Shown here: positions 60,640 through 64,000 of the stretch, in pieces
Layout of the letters: each line of letters starts with the position of its first letter
Numbering within the stretch: position 1 is the first letter of the stretch
Source of the DNA: Squalus acanthias
Taxonomy: Eukaryota
Assembly (NCBI GenBank): GCA_030390025.1
Contig: CM059433.1
Span: 7,194,001 to 7,258,000 of the forward strand
DNA length: 64,000 nt
Direction of reading: 5' to 3'
Notes under the pieces: model-generated
What the model saw: the letters and a program-made list of their open reading frames with translations, nothing else
The model's database searches: none
What the model was told of the DNA's origin: nothing
Translations under genes and position numbers: made by a program

Positions 60640-61772
60640 CAAAGATAAATCTAAAGTTGAAGCCCATGGAATTGAAGGCAATTTATTGACCTGGTTAGGA
60701 AATTGGCTGAGCGACAGGAGATAGAGAGTAGGGATAATGGGCAGGTGCTCTAATTGGCAGGATGTGACTAGTGGTGTCCCGCAGGGATCTGTGTTGGGGC
60801 CTCAACTATTCACCGCATTTATTAACGACTTGGATGATGGGATAGAAAGCCACATGTCCAAATTTGCCAATGACACAAAGATAGGTGGAATTGTAGGCAG
60901 TGTAGATGGAAGCATAAAATTACAAAGGGATATCGACAGATTAAACGAAGGGCAAAACTTTGGCAAATGGATTTCAATGTAGGCAAATGCGAGGTCATCC
61001 ACTTTGGATCTAAAAAGGATAGAACAGGGTACTTTCTAAATGGTGACAAGCTAAAAACAGTGGATGTCCAAAGAGACTTGAGGGTTCAGGTACATCGATC
61101 ATTAAAATGTCCATGAGCAGGTACAGAAAATAATCAAAAAGGCTAATGGAATGCTGGCCTTTATATCTGGAGGACTAGAATACAAGGGGGTAGAAGTCAT
61201 GCTACAGCCCTGGTTAGACCACGCCTGGAGTACTGTGAGCAGTTCTGGGCACCACACCTTTGGAAGGATATATTGGCCTTGGAGGGAGTGCAGCGTAGGT
61301 TTACTAGAATGATACCCGGACTCCAAGGGTTAGATTACGAGGAGAGGTTTCACAAACTAGGGTTGCATTTCCTGGAATTTAGAAGGTTAAGGGGTGATTT
61401 GATCGAAATTTTCAAGATATTAAGGGGAACAGTTAGGGTAGAGAGAGAGAAACTATTTCCGCTGGTTGGTGAGTCTAGGACTGGGGGGCATAGTCTAAAA
61501 ATTAGAGCCAGACCTTTCAGGAGTGAAATACAAAATACTTCTTCACACACAGGGTGGTGGAAGTTTGGAACTCTCTTCCGCAAATGGCAATTTATGCTAG
61601 ATCAATTAATTTTAAATCGGAAATTGATAGCTTTCTGTTAACCAAAGGTATTAAGGGATATGGGGCAAAGGTGGGTATATGGAGTTAGGTCGCAGATCAG
61701 CCATGATCTCATTGAATGGCGGAACAGGCTCGAGGGGCTAAATGGCCTCCTCCTGTTTCTATGTTCCTATGA
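60640..61772 (+). mobile_element. 5'-truncated CR1 LINE
   Basis: [41 protein letters not shown]; tail (TTCCTATG)n. Confidence 0.93.
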
Positions 61773-63797
61773 ATACTTTAAAAAAAATTAAGAGTATGGT
61801 GGAAATGGAAGTAAATGGTAACTTTCAGAGAGCTGGCACAGGAGCGATGGGTTGAATCGCCGCCTTCTGTTCTGTAGAATTCTATGATTCTATTCCTCTT
61901 CCGTGCTGTAGTGTTACAATAGTTTGAGCCATGAGATGAAGATGATGGGCAACAATATAATTCCATAATTAGGAAGTACAAGCCCAAATACAGTTTGAAA
62001 CTGTGTGATTCTGGGATGAAAGCCAAAGACTCAACACACTTTTTCCACATCCTCGCTATTTCTTTTCTTGAGAATTGAGTCACCTACGACACCTCTGTGG
62101 TACCACAACCTACAAAATAGAATCAAAATCAGGCACAATTTTTTTTAAAGCTGGAATCAACGAAAAATCATTTGTCCTAGTGGCTTGGGTTCTTCAGCAC
62201 TGTACGATAACCTAGCTGATTCCAGCTCGCTTATTAATTTTCAATCCTCTATATAAATTGTTTATGTACAATCCAAGTGGAAGCAGCAAACATCTTGCCT
62301 AGTCACAAGGATCAAAATAAATCAGCTAAATGTAGACCAGTATCTCTCTTGCCATTATATCGAGCCTCATGGAAACCATACTGAATAACTATGATCAGCT
62401 TGGATTCTGAGGAAATTGGTCAACTTGTAATGCTGTTAAACCCATGATCAGAAGAATGGTGATCTGTCTCAATTTCCAACATGAGCAGTAAATGTTGCTA
62501 AAACCTACAGGCTACCTAGTCAAAAGCCCTAGCTTCAAGCAAATTCAAGACTTAGCATGAGAAAGGCATCAGCAAACATAGCCAGCTACTCCACAATGTA
62601 TCCCACAAATTCAAAAGCACCCCCCAGACCTATGCCTCGACATCCTAAACCCTCCTTGAACACATCTTCACTCTCAGTTTGGTGTCTAAATGGAATGTGG
62701 AAAGCCGATAGGAGTTCCAGGGTTGAGACCTGGGTTGCCCTTCACAGGAGACAAATGAAGAAAGCTGTGGAAGCCGTTGCTTCTTCAAGCAGAATCAGTT
62801 CCAAATAATACTGCACCCTTTCGAGCAAATGTTCGAGAGGCTGAGGCCAAGAGCTCCAAGGAAATAATGAATTAGAATAGGACTATGCGATGAGCCTCGC
62901 TTTCTGCACAGTGAGTATACTGGGAGGAGGAAGGTGTATTTGGAGTTTAGCAGTAATGTTAGGAACATTCAGAGGTGTATGTGACCTAATAGTATTAATA
63001 AAATAGATAAGGTTGTGACGGAGAGACTGAAGGCTCGAAGTGAAAGGGGGATCACTCATCAGACAGAAGGTTTTTCTTGTATCCTGTCCAGGAGAGCAAG
63101 AGCAGTATTCTGGACTTGGGGATTATAAGCTAATAGTTGTTTAGGGGAACAGAAAGTCTTTGGCATGAAAGAGGAAACCAGGTTTCTTGGAGATAACTTT
63201 AGCATTAGCAGGTGTGGGAGCACCATTTGGGGTCAGAAGGAGGGAGCTATGAAAGACACTGGGTGGCAGCTGCTGGACATGAGACAGAAAGAAACTCTTT
63301 GATAAACTGAAAGAATCAAGTTGTTCATTGCCTTAACCCTGCAGCATAATATAAATTAGCATGGTACATTTTATTTTGTAAACTATTGTTAAATATCAAC
63401 GTCCAGTATATTCACTTTCAGAAAAAAGTCCAGCTGTCTGATAAAGATTTCAAGTTGGATTGCCTGATTAACGTGTATTTCTTTTAATGTGAATGCAATA
63501 GACGTTGAAGCACAATTCCAACAAAATCTATAGATGTTGTCTTTATCCTTCTCCTGTAGATGCATTCTCCGTGACAATCCTTGCTCACGGGATAATTCCA
63601 CTAACTTTCCTCTTGTCGTTCTAAATGTGTTTGTAATTTGTACTAAAATTACCTCCTACTTGTGCAGAGTTTTGTTGCATTACCTCATGCTTAATTCATC
63701 ATAATGTGAAGTTGCTATTCACATCAAACACTTTTTAGTCAGTGACCGCATTTAGAAATTGAAGGACTTCTTCTAACGGACGAATCATTACTCTATA

Positions 63798-63970
63798 AAC
63801 CAGCAAAAAGCTGCAGCTGCTGGAAATCTGAAACTAAAACCGAAAATGCTGGAAACAGTCAGCGAAGTCGGGCAGCATCTGTTAAGAGAGCAGATGAGTT
63901 GATGTTTTTGATGTAGACCCGTCGTCAGAACTGACTGACGGACTTGAGTGTTTCCAGCATTTTCATTTGC
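63798..63970. mobile_element. Decayed Penelope-like hairpin element
   Basis: GAAAATGCTGGAAACA...TGTTTCCAGCATTTTC inverted ends; degenerate antisense CTGACGA core. Confidence 0.6.
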
Positions 63971-64000
63971 TGCTGCGTCACTGCTATACTGGTGCAACAA

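Noticed and set aside
60320..64000. ADAM17 exons 18-19 (cytoplasmic tail)
   Set aside because: No phase-0 acceptor followed by a DKKL-like peptide was found; candidate AGs near 63090 and 63559 hit stops or give unrelated peptides. They probably lie beyond the window.

Overview
Vertebrate genomic DNA, almost certainly from a shark or other elasmobranch (HE1-type V-SINE, Deu-domain SINEs, abundant CR1/L2 LINEs, Penelope-like repeats). The window holds the GC-rich promoter and coding exons 1-17 of ADAM17 (TACE) on the + strand (ATG 9463 to exon 17 end 60319). All introns are GT-AG and the exons join to 2130 nt, 710 codons in frame. The cytoplasmic-tail exons were not found and probably lie beyond 64000. 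Upstream is a decayed, internally deleted Gypsy LTR element with nested insertions. Most notable non-routine observations: (1) several minimal hammerhead ribozyme motifs in Penelope-derived repeats inside the introns, one within a near-perfect 130-bp palindrome and one displayed in the loop of a 59-bp stem; (2) a chimeric tRNA-Lys(UUU) + trailer + HE1 SINE retro-insertion; (3) a degenerate copy of the exon 5 acceptor and first 24 codons with an early stop (possible poison exon); (4) a 178-nt intron 10 hairpin whose mismatches are mostly G.U-compatible on the sense strand; (5) a 33-unit hairpin-containing minisatellite. All coordinates, counts and identities were read by hand. Repeat family names and human ADAM17 comparisons come from memory, not database searches.
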